In this document: positions 39,259-52,482 of the stretch, in pieces
Layout of the letters: each line of letters opens with the position of its first letter
Position numbering within the stretch: position 1 is the stretch's first letter
DNA from: Eledone cirrhosa
Taxonomy: Eukaryota
NCBI GenBank assembly: GCA_964016885.1
Contig: CAXHJY010001576.1
Span: forward strand, 148,613-212,612
Length of the DNA stretch: 64,000 bases
Direction of reading: 5' to 3'
The notes under the pieces: model-generated
Told to the model about the DNA's origin: nothing
The model's input: the letters and a program-made list of their open reading frames with translations, nothing else
Database searches by the model: none
Translations under genes and position numbers: made by a program

Positions 39259-39625
39259 TAATATATAAGGGAACAAAGAATCAGTATTGCATCATATACA
39301 TCTTTAATTACATATTACATATGTTTCCCTGTCGATCAGCTCGAGGAACGATCTATTAATGATCGAACCTGACTCTGGAATCGGAAGTTCCTCAGATATA
39401 TTTTAACATGTAAACGCGATAAGCTTCCGATTGCAGAGTCAGATTCTATCATTAATAGATCGTTCCTCGAGATGATTGATCATGTAATATGTAATTAAAT
39501 ATGTATATGATGCAACACTGATTATTTGTTCCTTTATATATTAGTACTATTGATACTCTACTCGCCAAGAGTATTCATTTGGCATACCACCTATGGAGGC
39601 AATTAATTTGCACCTTAATACCTAT
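39259..39625. mobile_element. Fold-back Penelope-like remnant
   Basis: ~39259-39388 inverted relative to ~39422-39543, followed by a terminal segment TACTCTACTCGCCAAGAGTA. Confidence 0.75.
39310..39401 (-). ncRNA. Type I hammerhead ribozyme with 61-nt stem II insert
   Basis: ATATAT-CTGAGGA-A-CTT...CGATCattaataGATCG...AGG-GAAA-CATATG-TA-ATATGT: palindromic stem III ACATATGT, GUA site. Confidence 0.72.
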
Positions 39626-39855
39626 ATGTATATTGTATATATACATAATTGTTTCCACTTTTGGCACAAGGCCAGCAATTACCCAGTGCATTACTGGTAC
39701 TTTATTTTATCGACCCCGTAAGGATGAAAGGCAAAGTTAACCTCAGCGGGTCTTGAACTCAGACCATAAAGGGCCGTAACTCTTTGGTTCAAAGCATGGC
39801 GTCCGACCCTCTACAAATACTGCCAATTCACCGCCCTATGTATATATACATAGTG

Positions 39856-39898
<43 letters not shown>

Positions 39899-40010
39899 AA
39901 GGAATTGTGGTAAGGAACCAGATGGACCAGAGTACTCAATACTTAGGGTAGTAGAGTCCAGAAATAACCGTCGAAACGGCTTGAACTCTGCCGTCGGGGT
40001 CATACTTTTT

Positions 40011-40046
<36 letters not shown>

Positions 40047-40157
40047 GGTATAGGATTACCCAAGATGTAGTACTGGTTAATTACTACACTGGATATGGTC
40101 TACCTGTTATTATTCATTCTTTATATATATATATATATATATATAATCTATTATATA

Positions 40158-40197
<40 letters not shown>

Positions 40198-40310
40198 TAT
40201 ATAATATATATATATATAATATATATATATATATAATATATATATATATATATTATATAATATATATATATATAATATATATATATATAATATATATATA
40301 TATATAATAT

Positions 40311-40397
<87 letters not shown>

Positions 40398-40794
40398 TGG
40401 TGGTGGTAATGCTGAAGAACCGATCAGTACTTGACTGGTACTATATTAACCCTGAAAGGATGAGACGCAAAGTTGGCCTTGGCAGGATTTACTTTAAAGA
40501 TTGTGCCATTTCGATGACTAACACTGACGATGCTTAACAGGAAAAGACTGGCATCGCAACTGGCATATATAGGACAGAGAAAGATAAATAGATAGACATA
40601 TAGATAGAGATAGAGAGAGGGGGATACGCAGGAGGTAGAGAAGGGAAGTTAAGAATGGATGTATATTTATCAGAGTGAAGTCATAATTCACTGTGACACC
40701 AGACCCAATTTCCTCATTCCTCATGCACAACACATTTTATGACGGATATAGAAAACCAGGAGTTATCACGGAAAGAAGCCTTATATATAAATAA

Positions 40795-40834
<40 letters not shown>

Positions 40835-41569
40835 CGTTTCTGAATTTCTTTATCTGAAAACGTGTGTTGATATATGTGTGTTGTAATTATGAACATATAT
40901 ATACTGAAAATTTCCGCCAAACCTCTGTTTAAATAATTACATATTCTTTTACTGGTTTTAGTCATTGGAATATTGCCATGGCAGTTCACTGCCTTCAAAG
41001 TTTTAGTGTACATATCGACTCACGCTCACACACGCACACGCATTTATCCATGATTAGCACGGTTATTTTGCTTCGTGGAAAACTCTACGTACTCAGAGTG
41101 TTAATTTAAAGCATCTTTCTGTTTTCTACTAGTGGTTGTGTTAAGCTATATTCGACTCTCTAAATCTGTTCTGAAAAAAAATCTTTTCCAGAAATCCTCA
41201 TTGACATTAAATAACTGTCTATAGTAATTTCTCTATTTTGTGTATTATTTTCTCCCCAATATAGCAATATCTTCGTGCTATGTTTGGTTTTTTACTGTAG
41301 TGATAAATCATTTATACGAACATTATGTGTATCTAATCTAGTTTGTGAATATCTTATATCTACCAGAAATAAAGTTTCATTTTACTAGCCCTGGTGTTTA
41401 GAAGAATTATGTTTAGTCACTAATGTCCCATCCATAAAGACAAGTCGCCTCTTTTCAATCACAACACGTCTACCCCTTGCCTCCTTTCCTGAAATTGTAG
41501 TTTAATTTTTTTTAAATCATCTATTTTTGTCATAATTGTTTGCATTGTCGCTTCATTGATTGACAACTT

Positions 41570-41720
41570 CCCCTTATTTTTGCTTTGCTAACATCACATT
41601 GGTATCGAGTTTCATGCAACTTGTCATTGGCAAAATCATTAGAATTTGTTAGAGCTCTCTGAACCCTGGGTTGAATCATTTCTCAAGTTAACCATAAATA
41701 AAGTTAAAGAAAGACACCTG
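41570..41720 (-). pseudogene. Possible degenerate hAT transposase dimerization-domain fragment
   Basis: Frameshifted WL.LRND...RAL-QILMILPMTSC...MLAKQK resembles hAT 'AL.+L+PF.TTY.CE..FS.M..+K.K.R'. Confidence 0.3.
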
Positions 41721-43353
41721 AATGATGGCACGGGGAAATCACTTTTGTATTCCCCAGAAAAAAGTCCCATGACAACCATAAAGTGTTTATCGAGGTTCCC
41801 AGAAGTTGTTCGTCAACTTCATTGCGTAAAGAATGAAAGAAAAAGAAACGAAAACAAACCGATCATCAGAATGTACCTCGAAAATTATATTTCAATTGGT
41901 CTTTTCATTGCTGATACTATTGCCGGTCGTGACTCCTATCAGATGTGTCAGCACTTTTCCGGATTTGAACTCAGAACTTACAGAGCCAGAACAGATACTA
42001 TAAAGCATATCGTCCGACACTTTAAGAATCTGCCAATCCATTGTCTCTGGAGTGGTACTTTGTTTATCCACGCCGAAAAGGATGAATGGCTAAGTTTACC
42101 TAGATGAAAATTGAACTCAGTGCGCAGAGAACTTGGAGAACCTGGATAAATACGCAGACATTTAATCCGATGCTGTAAAGATTCTGAAAAGTCGCCAAGG
42201 AAAGAATGGAGATGATATTGTGTTAATAAAGATTAGGCATCAATTAATAAACCGTGTAAAGGTTTGCTAGGGAGACTCAAAATCAAAGTAATCAAACCAT
42301 TGAAGACTTAAGACAAAGAGTTGATACAAGATTCGAAAATGAAACTGAAGAACAAAGAGTTACACGGTAAGGAAATGAAAGATTAAGAGCTGCTGAGAGA
42401 ATACAAAATCAAACAAAAGGTGATAGAAATATCAGGGGACATCGCAAACATGAGAACATGAGGTAAGCACGCTATGGAATGATGCAATACCTAAATAACT
42501 TAATAGTTACTGAAACAAATACTGAACATTGTTCCTGCGGAGAATTTAATGTAATATGTCAGCTTTGAGGAGCAAAGCATTCTAACGACTGTTTATCTAA
42601 AATATGCTGCTTTGAAAGTAAACTTTAGACCCTATAACGACGATGGTTCCTTTTGTGCACCGTTATTTTGTACGACATATGGACACTAGCATTTTCAGAA
42701 TAGGGGGAAAATGATTGTAGAGGAACCTGTAAAACTGACAAATTTTCTATTGGAAAAATACCCTCATTAAACATATGCAGAAAGTCCCTGATAACTACGT
42801 GACAAAAGCACGATGTCAATTGTGTGTAAAATATTACAAATGTGCTAATAGGAGCAGTGGGTGTATTGTGATATGTTTGGGAAAAATTATAAACATATAA
42901 ATACACATTTGAACAAGAACACTTGAGCCTGCAATAAAAATTGCCCTAATACAACAGTGCTATCCAGTTTGTGAAACGTACATTGTACTCTGTAAACTAT
43001 AGAAAGTTATTAAATAACAATTATTGACACACATAAAACCTAATATAAACCCATTCAAAACTATTTCAAAACCACAAATGCTTATGTTTATAAGCATGAG
43101 TCAACGAGAAAGTCTCTACGTGGTTTTATTGATTTGCTAGAAATCGCTGCCGTTGTCTTTCGAACAAAAAAAAAGACATGATGGTTCTGGTCAGAATGTC
43201 TCTGAACATAGTCTGCGTGGTAGGAAGTAATCAGTAGCTAATAAACAACTACAGCAACAACAGCAACAACAAAACACTTAAGTCACCCCCAAAGCCCTGT
43301 AACTGAAAATGTATGATTCAACTGGCTCTACGCTGGATAATATAATAATAGTA

Positions 43354-43423
<70 letters not shown>

Positions 43424-43490
43424 TTCTCTAAAAACAAATTGTCCAATTCCACCCCACCCGTTCCTTCAATCTATCTAATTTCTCATTCTT

Positions 43491-43526
43491 TCTTCTGATG
43501 AAGGACTAACGCCCGAAACGTTAAGA
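43491..43526 (+). ncRNA. Minimal type I hammerhead ribozyme (dimer type)
   Basis: TCTT-CTGATGA-A-GG actaacgc CC-GAAA-CG-TT-AAGA, palindrome AACGTT. The downstream end TTGTGTTGTTATTTCTGTTTAC+(TA)n recurs at 63961-64000 (-). Confidence 0.82.
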
Positions 43527-43613
43527 CCCTCTTCCTGCTATTTCAAGCGTCAACCTAATATATTCCTTCCATATTCTGTAACAATTGTGTTGTTATTTCT
43601 GTTTACCTTTTAC

Positions 43614-43721
<108 letters not shown>

Positions 43722-44466
43722 AGAGAGAGAGAGAGAGAGAGAGAAAGAGAAAGAAAGAGAGAGGGAGAGAGAAAGTGAGAGAGTGAGAGAGAGAGAGTGA
43801 TAGAGACAGAGATAGAGAAGGAAATAGAAAGAGGGGGTGAGACAGAGAGATGTATATATAATTGTTTCTATTTTTGGCACAAGGCCAGCAATTACTCCAG
43901 TGCATTACTGGTACTTTATTTTATCGAACCCGTAAGGATGAAAGGCAAAGTTAACCTAGGCGGAATTTGAATTCAGACCGCAACGGGCCATAACTCTATG
44001 CTGAAAAAATAAGGAATTACTGATATTGGCAGGTGACCACTGATTTTCTACTGGAAGAGAAGTGTATAGTGGATTGATTCAAACAGCTACGTGATTGATA
44101 GTTGTTTATTACAGGTCAATCCTTCTGAAACAGAATTGTGATCAAAGGAATACCAGCCATCACTATCTCATCTTATTATCAGCAATATTGTGTTTAGGAA
44201 TACATCTTTCCTTTTCTCAGAGACGGAAGTTTGTAATTTCAGGAATATTTGACTGCTATTTCTTGCAGATCAAGCGACTACATTGTAGGACACATGTTGT
44301 CTGCCCTCTTGCTTCCACTCAACAAAAGAATGATGTTGCTTCTAGCATTACATTACTATAAGGCCACACACTTTGAGGGCGAAAACGAATCCATTACATC
44401 GACCCAAGTACGTAACTGGTACTTCTTGATCTTTCTTGGTAAAATGAAAAGGCAGTTAATGAAATA

Positions 44467-44635
44467 CCGTATTTCCCGGCGCCGAAGACGCTTCGTCCTC
44501 GAGGATGCACCCTAATTTTGACAACCAAAAATTTGAAAAAAAAATGTATTAAATAACCTTCGGCCTCAAGGACGCATGGTAGATTTTTAGATTTATTTTA
44601 GGAGAAAGTAGCGGCTTCGACGCCGGAAAATATAG
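44467..44635. mobile_element. pogo/Tc2-like MITE
   Basis: TA|CCGTATTTCCCGGCGCCGAAG ... CTTCGACGCCGGAAAATATAG TIRs. Confidence 0.7.
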
Positions 44636-45629
44636 AATGTTTACCGTAACAGAATTGTAACCCAGAACATAAAGGGAGATAATTAAATTCCACAAAGCCC
44701 AGTCTATAATCTTACCATTTCCTCTATCAACGGTCCTTGAGACTAAGCATCGCAAACCACATAGTCTCGCACCCAACCAGTTATGCTTCCCTCTTATGCT
44801 ATTCATGCTGAATGTTACAAACCATAAATTCTTACACTTTCACAATTCTGCAACCCACAGCCAATCAGATTATATCTCACAAAGCCGACTAATTTTGCCC
44901 TCCACTAAATACCACAAACCACAACGTCCTCCTACACACTAGCATTTTGTTATTGACGACCTTTCAGAGCTGTGCGTATGTGTGCATTGGGGGAATGCTC
45001 TAACAATAAAGCTGTTAAAAAGCAAAAGAATGATTTGTGATTTTGCCACAAGGCCAACATTTTTTTGGAAGGTAAAAGTCGATTAAACAACTCCATTGCA
45101 CTGATGGTACTAATTCTATCGACTCCGCAAGGATGAAAAGCAAAGCTAACCAAGGCAGGATTTACAGGGCCATAACCACATTACAGGGCCATAACCACAT
45201 GCCACAAAGCATTTCTCTCGACACTCTGTTGACACTACCAACCCACCAACTTACTGAAACACAAATAATAATAATCAAGCTAAACTGTTAAATAGTGAGA
45301 AATATATGGTGTTCATTAACTATATGGTTTTCATTAAGATATCTGCAGGACCAAATATGTCCTATAGCTTCGTAATTTCCAACTGGAATCTAAGAGAATT
45401 AAACACAATAGATCATAAACATTTGGAAACTATTAAAAACATACAGCACATACTAGGTCATAAATCACCCCGGTAACATTTCTAAAGCGCCACAAAATTA
45501 TTTCAGAAGAGATATTTTATTAATGTTATATATATAATTTTTACAAAATTAATAGCAAAATCTACTGCATTCCATTTTGAAATATGATTGTAAGAAAGAT
45601 AAATTATTTGAAAGTGAAATATGTTCAAG

Positions 45630-46025
45630 AATTTAGGTTACATTTAGTTAAGATAAGATATATTTAGTTAAGTTATATTTAGCTAGCTGAGTTTGGTTTA
45701 GTTAAGTTGCGTACATTTAGTTGAACTGGGTTTCATATTCGTCGGTCAGTTTAACACCACCATCTGGCCCTTGGGTTTCTCTAGCGGAGTTCACTATGTA
45801 GCATTAGGTCCTTGCCTCTGGTTTGAGAATAATTTCTTATCACTAATCTTAGATTCCTTGAAAAGGGAACTGACTTAATGGAGTTAGTTTTGAATAAGCT
45901 GAATTGGGCTATATTTAGTTAAGTTGGGTTATATATTGTTAAGTTGGGATACATTTAGTTAATCTGGTTTAGATTTAATTAAATTGAGTTAGATGTAGTT
46001 AAGCTGGGATATATTTAGTTAAGAC
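45630..46025. repeat. Degenerate 20-bp minisatellite ATATTTAGTTAAGTTGGGTT
   Basis: Recurring ATTTAGTTAAG at ~20-bp spacing in two blocks (45630-45740, 45880-46025). Confidence 0.7.
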
Positions 46026-46661
46026 TAGTCAAGAAGGGAAGGGCAGTATTTATACCTTTGGTGGGTAGAAATTTGAGAGCATTATCAAACTGGGGACCTG
46101 AATGTTTGCAAACTGAAAGTTAATCACGGGTTAGGTAGTATGTCTTTAAACTGGGCGACGGATAAAGTCTACCACCAAAGTAGGCCACAGAAGGATTTGA
46201 ACTCAGAACACAAAGAGACATAACAAATGATTCACGACATCTGGAAGGACGCTCTACGAATTCCGCTAACTCAATATTTTGAACTGATATTTCCTTTTAA
46301 CGAAACTGAAATGAAAGACAAGATTAACCTCTCTGGGATTTGAACTCAAAGTTCAGATAGTCGGAACAAATACAACAAGGTATTTTGTCATACGCCCTAA
46401 CAATTGGTATAGAACTGAAATACATTAAGCAATCGACAAGTTTCGTCATATGTTAACCAATTCCTTCATCCTAACTATTCCAAATACTACAAGAATATCG
46501 TACATTATCTCTACCTCAATACATACTATAAGGAAGGAAACACACACAACAAAGAAAAATATCTGCTGGTATACAGGCATAAGACTTCAATACATGATTT
46601 TACCAGCAACAAATACAGTAGAAACATCCGTAAGCATGCGTATTACTAATTACGTAGTGTC

Positions 46662-46850
46662 AGGGCGGTGGATTGGCAGTATCAGTAGAGGGTCGGACGC
46701 CATGCTTTCCAGCATAGTTACGTCCCTTTACGATCTGAGTTCAAATCCCGCCGAGGTTAACTTTGCCTTTCATCCTTACGGGGTCGATAAAATAAAGTAC
46801 CAGTAATGCACTGGGTAATTGCTGGCCTTGTGCCTAAAGTAGAAACAATT
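46662..46850 (+). mobile_element. Young full-length dominant SINE with 18-bp TSD
   Basis: ATTACTAATTACGTAGTG at 46642-46659 and 46848-46865. Confidence 0.95.
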
Positions 46851-47029
46851 ACTAATTACGTAGTGAGTCATGTATGATTATACATGGTACCTATTAACAG
46901 ATAAGTGGACTGACACCATTTCAGTATTTGTTGTGTGTATCATCATTATCATAATCATCATCATGATAAGGGCAATGATGATGATGATGATGACGATGGT
47001 GATTATTATTATTATTATTATTAATATTT

Positions 47030-47612
47030 GGCAGATTAGTAGCATCGATAGAGCGTCTGACACCATGCTTAACGGCATAGAGTTACGTCCCTTTACGTTC
47101 TGTGTTCAAATCCCACCGAGGTTAGCTTTGCCTATCATCCTTAGGGGGTCAATAAAATAAAGTACCAGTAATGAACTCGGGTCGATTTAGTATCGGTGGA
47201 GCGTCGGACAACATGCTTCGTGGCATAGAGTTACGGCCTTTTACGATCTGAGTTCAAATCCTACCGAGGTTAGCTTTGCCATTCATCCTTACGGGATTGA
47301 TAAAATAAAGTACCAGTAATGCACTGGAGTCCATTCAATCGACTTTACCCTCCACCAGAATTGCTGGCCTTGTGTCTAAATCACAAACCACTATTATCAT
47401 TATTATTATGGTGAATTGAGGGCGGTGGATTGGCAGTATCGGTAGAGGGTCGGACTCCATGCTTTGACGCATAGAGTTACGGCCCTTACCATTCTGAGTT
47501 CAAATCCCACCGAGGTTAACTTTGCCTTTCATCCATTCGGGGGTCGATAAAATAAAGTACCAGTAATGTACTAGTGATTTGCTGGCCTTGTGTTAAAAGT
47601 AGAAACAATTAT
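47030..47612 (+). mobile_element. Three dominant-SINE copies in tandem
   Basis: Consensus matches at ~47030-47190, 47190-47395 and 47418-47612. Confidence 0.88.
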
Positions 47613-47875
47613 TATTATGGTGATGATGATGATGATAACCACGTGACCAAGAACGATAAGTAGGATGACGTCATTAGAAGAATTATCTAATTTCTGGTGG
47701 GAGAATAGCGCTGCACTTTCCAAACGCTTCTACCTACTCCTACTGCTACACTTATATTACCTCCTACCATAACACTACGTGCTTTGTAATGATTCCTTCA
47801 CCCATTACCAAATTACATCGGAATGTAATAAAGTTATTTACACAAAACACCCGCCCAATACACTCACACACGAGC

Positions 47876-47921
<46 letters not shown>

Positions 47922-48004
47922 GTGTGTGTGTGTGTGTGTGTGTGTGTGAGTGTGTGTGTATGTGTTTGTGTGTATATGTATATATACATGTATATATATA
48001 TATG

Positions 48005-48045
<41 letters not shown>

Positions 48046-48059
48046 AATATATATGTATG

Positions 48060-48091
<32 letters not shown>

Positions 48092-48252
48092 AAGAGAGAG
48101 AGAGAGAGAGAGAGAGACAGGGAGAGAGAGAGGGGGGAGATACAGAGAGAGGGAGAGAAAGAGAGAGGGAGAGAGAGGGGGAGAGAGAGACAGAGAGAGA
48201 GAGAGAGACAGATAGAGAGCTTTAAATATATCTGTGTTCATGCATGCGTACG

Positions 48253-48297
<45 letters not shown>

Positions 48298-48334
48298 CTA
48301 TGTATATATATATCAATATCTATCTATCTCTCAC

Positions 48335-48420
<86 letters not shown>

Positions 48421-48450
48421 TATATAAATATATAAATGCATATACATCTA

Positions 48451-48500
<50 letters not shown>

Positions 48501-48598
48501 TGTACATATATATATATATACATACATATATATATATGTATATACATATATACATATACATACTGGAGTATTGCTTAAAGCTTTCTCTGTTAATGTAT

Positions 48599-48634
<36 letters not shown>

Positions 48635-48867
48635 AGAGTAAACTAGTGGAGGGGGTGAGGTGACAGGGAGATGTCAGCTTCAATAAACATCAACAGCTAT
48701 TAATGTGTTAATAAATACTATGCTAGGTCAAGTTATTTCGGTTCGAGACAACATTCAATATTAACTGGTTTGGAAAAATTACAGCGAAACCAACAAATAT
48801 GTCTCTCTTTAGGGATATCAGTAATTTGGAAAAACGTAAATTCATTCATACATATATACATATATAC

Positions 48868-49442
48868 ATGGTGGCTGCCAACTCGTTTCGAGTACGGCCA
48901 CTACTTTATATCCATGTAGGAGAACCCCTAGCGATTCGCTGAACGAGTGTGACTTTTTAGTCCAGCCAGCAACTTGAAAACTCTGGTACAAACACTACAC
49001 TTGTGACAATTATTGACACACAGTGCTGGGCCCATGGTACCATGTGACGACAAGTGCAGAGAGATCTCTAGATATAAAGCAATGCCTGTGCCGTGAAGCT
49101 TTTATAGTGAGCAAAGGCACTGCACAAAGCCAGTCCCACTCTCTTAACCAAGATGATATTTACCAAAAAGAAGAATAAGTCAACATCATTGGATACCATC
49201 AGGGTTGCAGGTGTTATATCAGAGTTTTCCTTCTCCTAGAATTGTGCCTTGACAAAGGCTAAGGGGTCATCTCTCCCGGTCATTTTGGATGGCCATTGAC
49301 TCTTAAGAGCTCCTTTGCCCTTTGACAGGTTTTCTTTTTAGTCCTGCAGGATGTCCAAAGTCACCCTCCTCACCAAGAAACCTTGGTGGGGTTGGCAGTT
49401 TAGTCGCCAACTACCCGACCATGAGACAGGTTGTACTGGGAT
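48868..49442 (-). mobile_element. Non-autonomous, probably bipartite RTE-derived element with (TATG)n-type tail
   Basis: Minus-strand CTAGGAGAAGGAAAACTCTG (RTE 5'-UTR-like) and 3' hairpin TGGCCGTACTCGAAACGAGTTGGCAGCCA. Closely similar copy at 60256-60664. Confidence 0.65.
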
Positions 49443-49647
49443 ACATATATACATAGATGCATGCATACATACATATATATCTCTCTCATGCATACATACA
49501 TTTATATCTCATACATACATATATCTATATATCTATCTATATATATATATAACGAAGGAATTCTGGTAAGGAACCAGATGGACCATAACGCACCAGAGTA
49601 CTCAATACTTAGGGTAGTAGAGTGGGTAAAAGGAAAATACTTTTTCC

Positions 49648-49691
<44 letters not shown>

Positions 49692-49777
49692 TGCATGCAT
49701 CCTCACACACACACATATATATATATATATACATACATATATACATACATATACTTACATACATATATACATGTATC

Positions 49778-49821
<44 letters not shown>

Positions 49822-50201
49822 CGTACATATATATATACATATATACATACATACATATACATACGTATGTACATACATATATATATACATACATTAATGC
49901 GTTCATACATACAAGAATATTACATCCATCCATACATACACACCAGCTCATACACACGCACATATACACAAACAAATAAACACACACACGAACGCACACA
50001 CACATACATACACACACATATATACATGTATGTTTGTGTCTGTGGAATGTTCACTGTTCCAAGACTTTGAATACCGTAAATCTGAATAGTACTCTAAACA
50101 TGTATGGTTGCAGCACCCTTCGTTTGGTTCATAGCTCCCCCCCACCCCCCCTCGGTCTCTCTCTCTTTCTCCCTCTCTCTCTGTATATGTATATATATAT
50201 A

Positions 50202-50279
50202 TTGGGTCATCAAGTATGAAATTTGTAGAAATGTGTAGAAAACAGACAAATCTCTACAAATCTCATACTTGACGAACCA

Positions 50280-50280
<1 letters not shown>
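50202..50280. mobile_element. ~80-bp mariner-like MITE
   Basis: TA|TTGGGTCATCAAGTATGAAATTTGTAGA ... TCTACAAATCTCATACTTGACGAACCAA|TA. The same TIR appears at ~28897-28928. Confidence 0.75.
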
Positions 50281-50337
<57 letters not shown>

Positions 50338-50554
50338 TGATTCTGCATGTGTGTGTTTGGGAATTCTGATGTTAATATTCATATATATGGAGCTGAACCT
50401 GCCTTGAATGCGTTACGGTAAGGCAACCCTTACAATTACTACTATAAAATCCCAGGAGGAATTGTTTATTGATTAAATCTGTGAGGTGACATGCTGTGAA
50501 ATGTTGACAATTGCTTATTGTTTAATATCATATCCACCTTTTTTAATATTGCAT

Positions 50555-50825
50555 TTGTTAGTGGTTAGAGTGTTTAGGACACTGGTTTCGATTCCTGGTG
50601 GTGTGTTTTGTCCTCGAACACGACACTTTATTTTACATTGTTCTAGTATTCTCACATGAAAAAAAAAAAAAATGAATTGTACATGCATCGCAGCGTATAT
50701 TCCTATAGTGAAGATTTAAGCGTGGCTGTGGACTCATCAGCTATTTGTACGTTGATTTCACGAGCAGGCTATTCCGGTGAAAACTCAACAAGAATATTCG
50801 TTGCTGAAACCGACGGACGTCCAAC
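50555..50825 (+). mobile_element. CORE-like SINE, tail type 1 (degenerate)
   Basis: Homologous to 253-555. Confidence 0.6.
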
Positions 50826-51121
50826 AGATTTTAAATCTTGACATAAGCAACATTTTAAAATGTATTCAGATTGTAGTAGATTTGGCTAGAGATATAGATA
50901 AATTAATGCTTCCGCATTCATACATACACAATTGGTTCAAAAGACTTGCACCAGCTCAGTCTATAGGAAATTTTATCCTTTTTTTTGCTTCTAAGGATAT
51001 AAAGTGAGTTTCGCTCTTCAAGTTGCGATGATAATTTCAATTATTCTGCCATACTCAGACTGCCAGATTCAAGTTGGCCGAATATTCAAGAATCACGCAG
51101 TGGTCTGTTTTGTCATATGAT

Positions 51122-52460
51122 ATAATTGTTTCTACTTTAGGCACAAGGCCAGCAATAACCCAGTGCATTACTGGTACTTTATTTATCGACCCCGTAAGGA
51201 TGAAAGGCAAAGTCAACCTCTGCGGGATTATAATGACTTCACGTTATAAATGCAGGGTCAAAGGAAAAGAATGTATCATGCTTGTGTATCCGATATAACA
51301 ATATCATATACAATACAAAAAAAGTAGATTAAACAGCCTAATTAATAACGCTCCTATTCTATATAGAATTCCACAAAATATCTAAATTTGCAATGGAAAC
51401 CTACATATTAATGCAGTATATATAAAATAAACTATGAAAATTACCAGGAGTTACTGGTTAAAATATTCTAAGACAGACGATGATAATTTATCAGCCAAAA
51501 AACATCTCCATGTTCCGTTGCTGTCTGCGAAAAAAAAACCGGTAAAAACGCACCACTAACAACACTTCATTCAGAAAATGAAGTCGTGAAGGTCTTGAAA
51601 CATTAGACTTAGGAAAGTTATTGTTCCAAACTAAACATGAAATTTAACATAAGGCATAAAAAAATAGAATACATTCCAAACAGTCATATTTCAAATGTAA
51701 TATAATATAATATAATATAATATAATATAATATAATTGTTTCTACATTTGGCACAAGGTCAGCAATTATTTCAGTGTATTACTGGTACTTTATTTTATCG
51801 ACCCCGTAAGGATGAAAGGCAAAGTTAACCTCGGCGGGATTTAACTCAGACCATAAAGGGACGTAACTCTTTGCTGCAAAGCATGGCCTCCGACCCTCTA
51901 CCAATACTGATAATATAATATAATATAATATAATATAATATAATATAATATAATATAATATAATTGTTTCTACTTTAGGCACAAGGCCAGCAATTACTCA
52001 GTGCATTACTGGTACTTTATTTTATCGATTCCGTAAGGATGAAAGGAAAAGTTAACCTTGGGGGGACTTCAACTCAAAACAAAAACCCATAACTCTATGG
52101 TGCAAATCATGGTGTCCGACCCTCTACCGATACTGCCAAATTTACATAATATAATATTAGTATATATAATACGTTATATGTATAATATAACACACACACA
52201 CACGCATACACACACACACACACACGCACACGCACACCCACACACACACACCCCCACACACACATATATATATATGTGTGTTTGTATGTATAATATATAT
52301 ATTAAAGTATGAATAATCTAATCTAATATAATTGTTTCTACGTTAGGCACAAGGCCAGCAATTACCCAGTGTATTACTGGTACTTTATTTTATCGACCCC
52401 GTAAGGATGAAAGGCAAAGTTAACCTCGGAGGGATTTGAACTCAGGTCGTAAAGGGACGT
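51122..52460 (-). mobile_element. Dominant-SINE copies (~51122-51230, 51733-51910, 51961-52140, 52329-52460), partly in (TAATA)n
   Basis: Consensus matches. Confidence 0.88.
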
Positions 52461-52482
52461 AATCTAATATAATGTAATACAA

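Noticed and set aside
42290-42415. RFENETEEQRVTR, reminiscent of Helitron N-terminal STPR-like repeats
   Set aside because: A single short motif with stops and no Rep or helicase evidence.
45630-46025. Telomere-like TTAGG/TTGGG repeats
   Set aside because: The unit is a degenerate 20-mer, not tandem TTAGGG.
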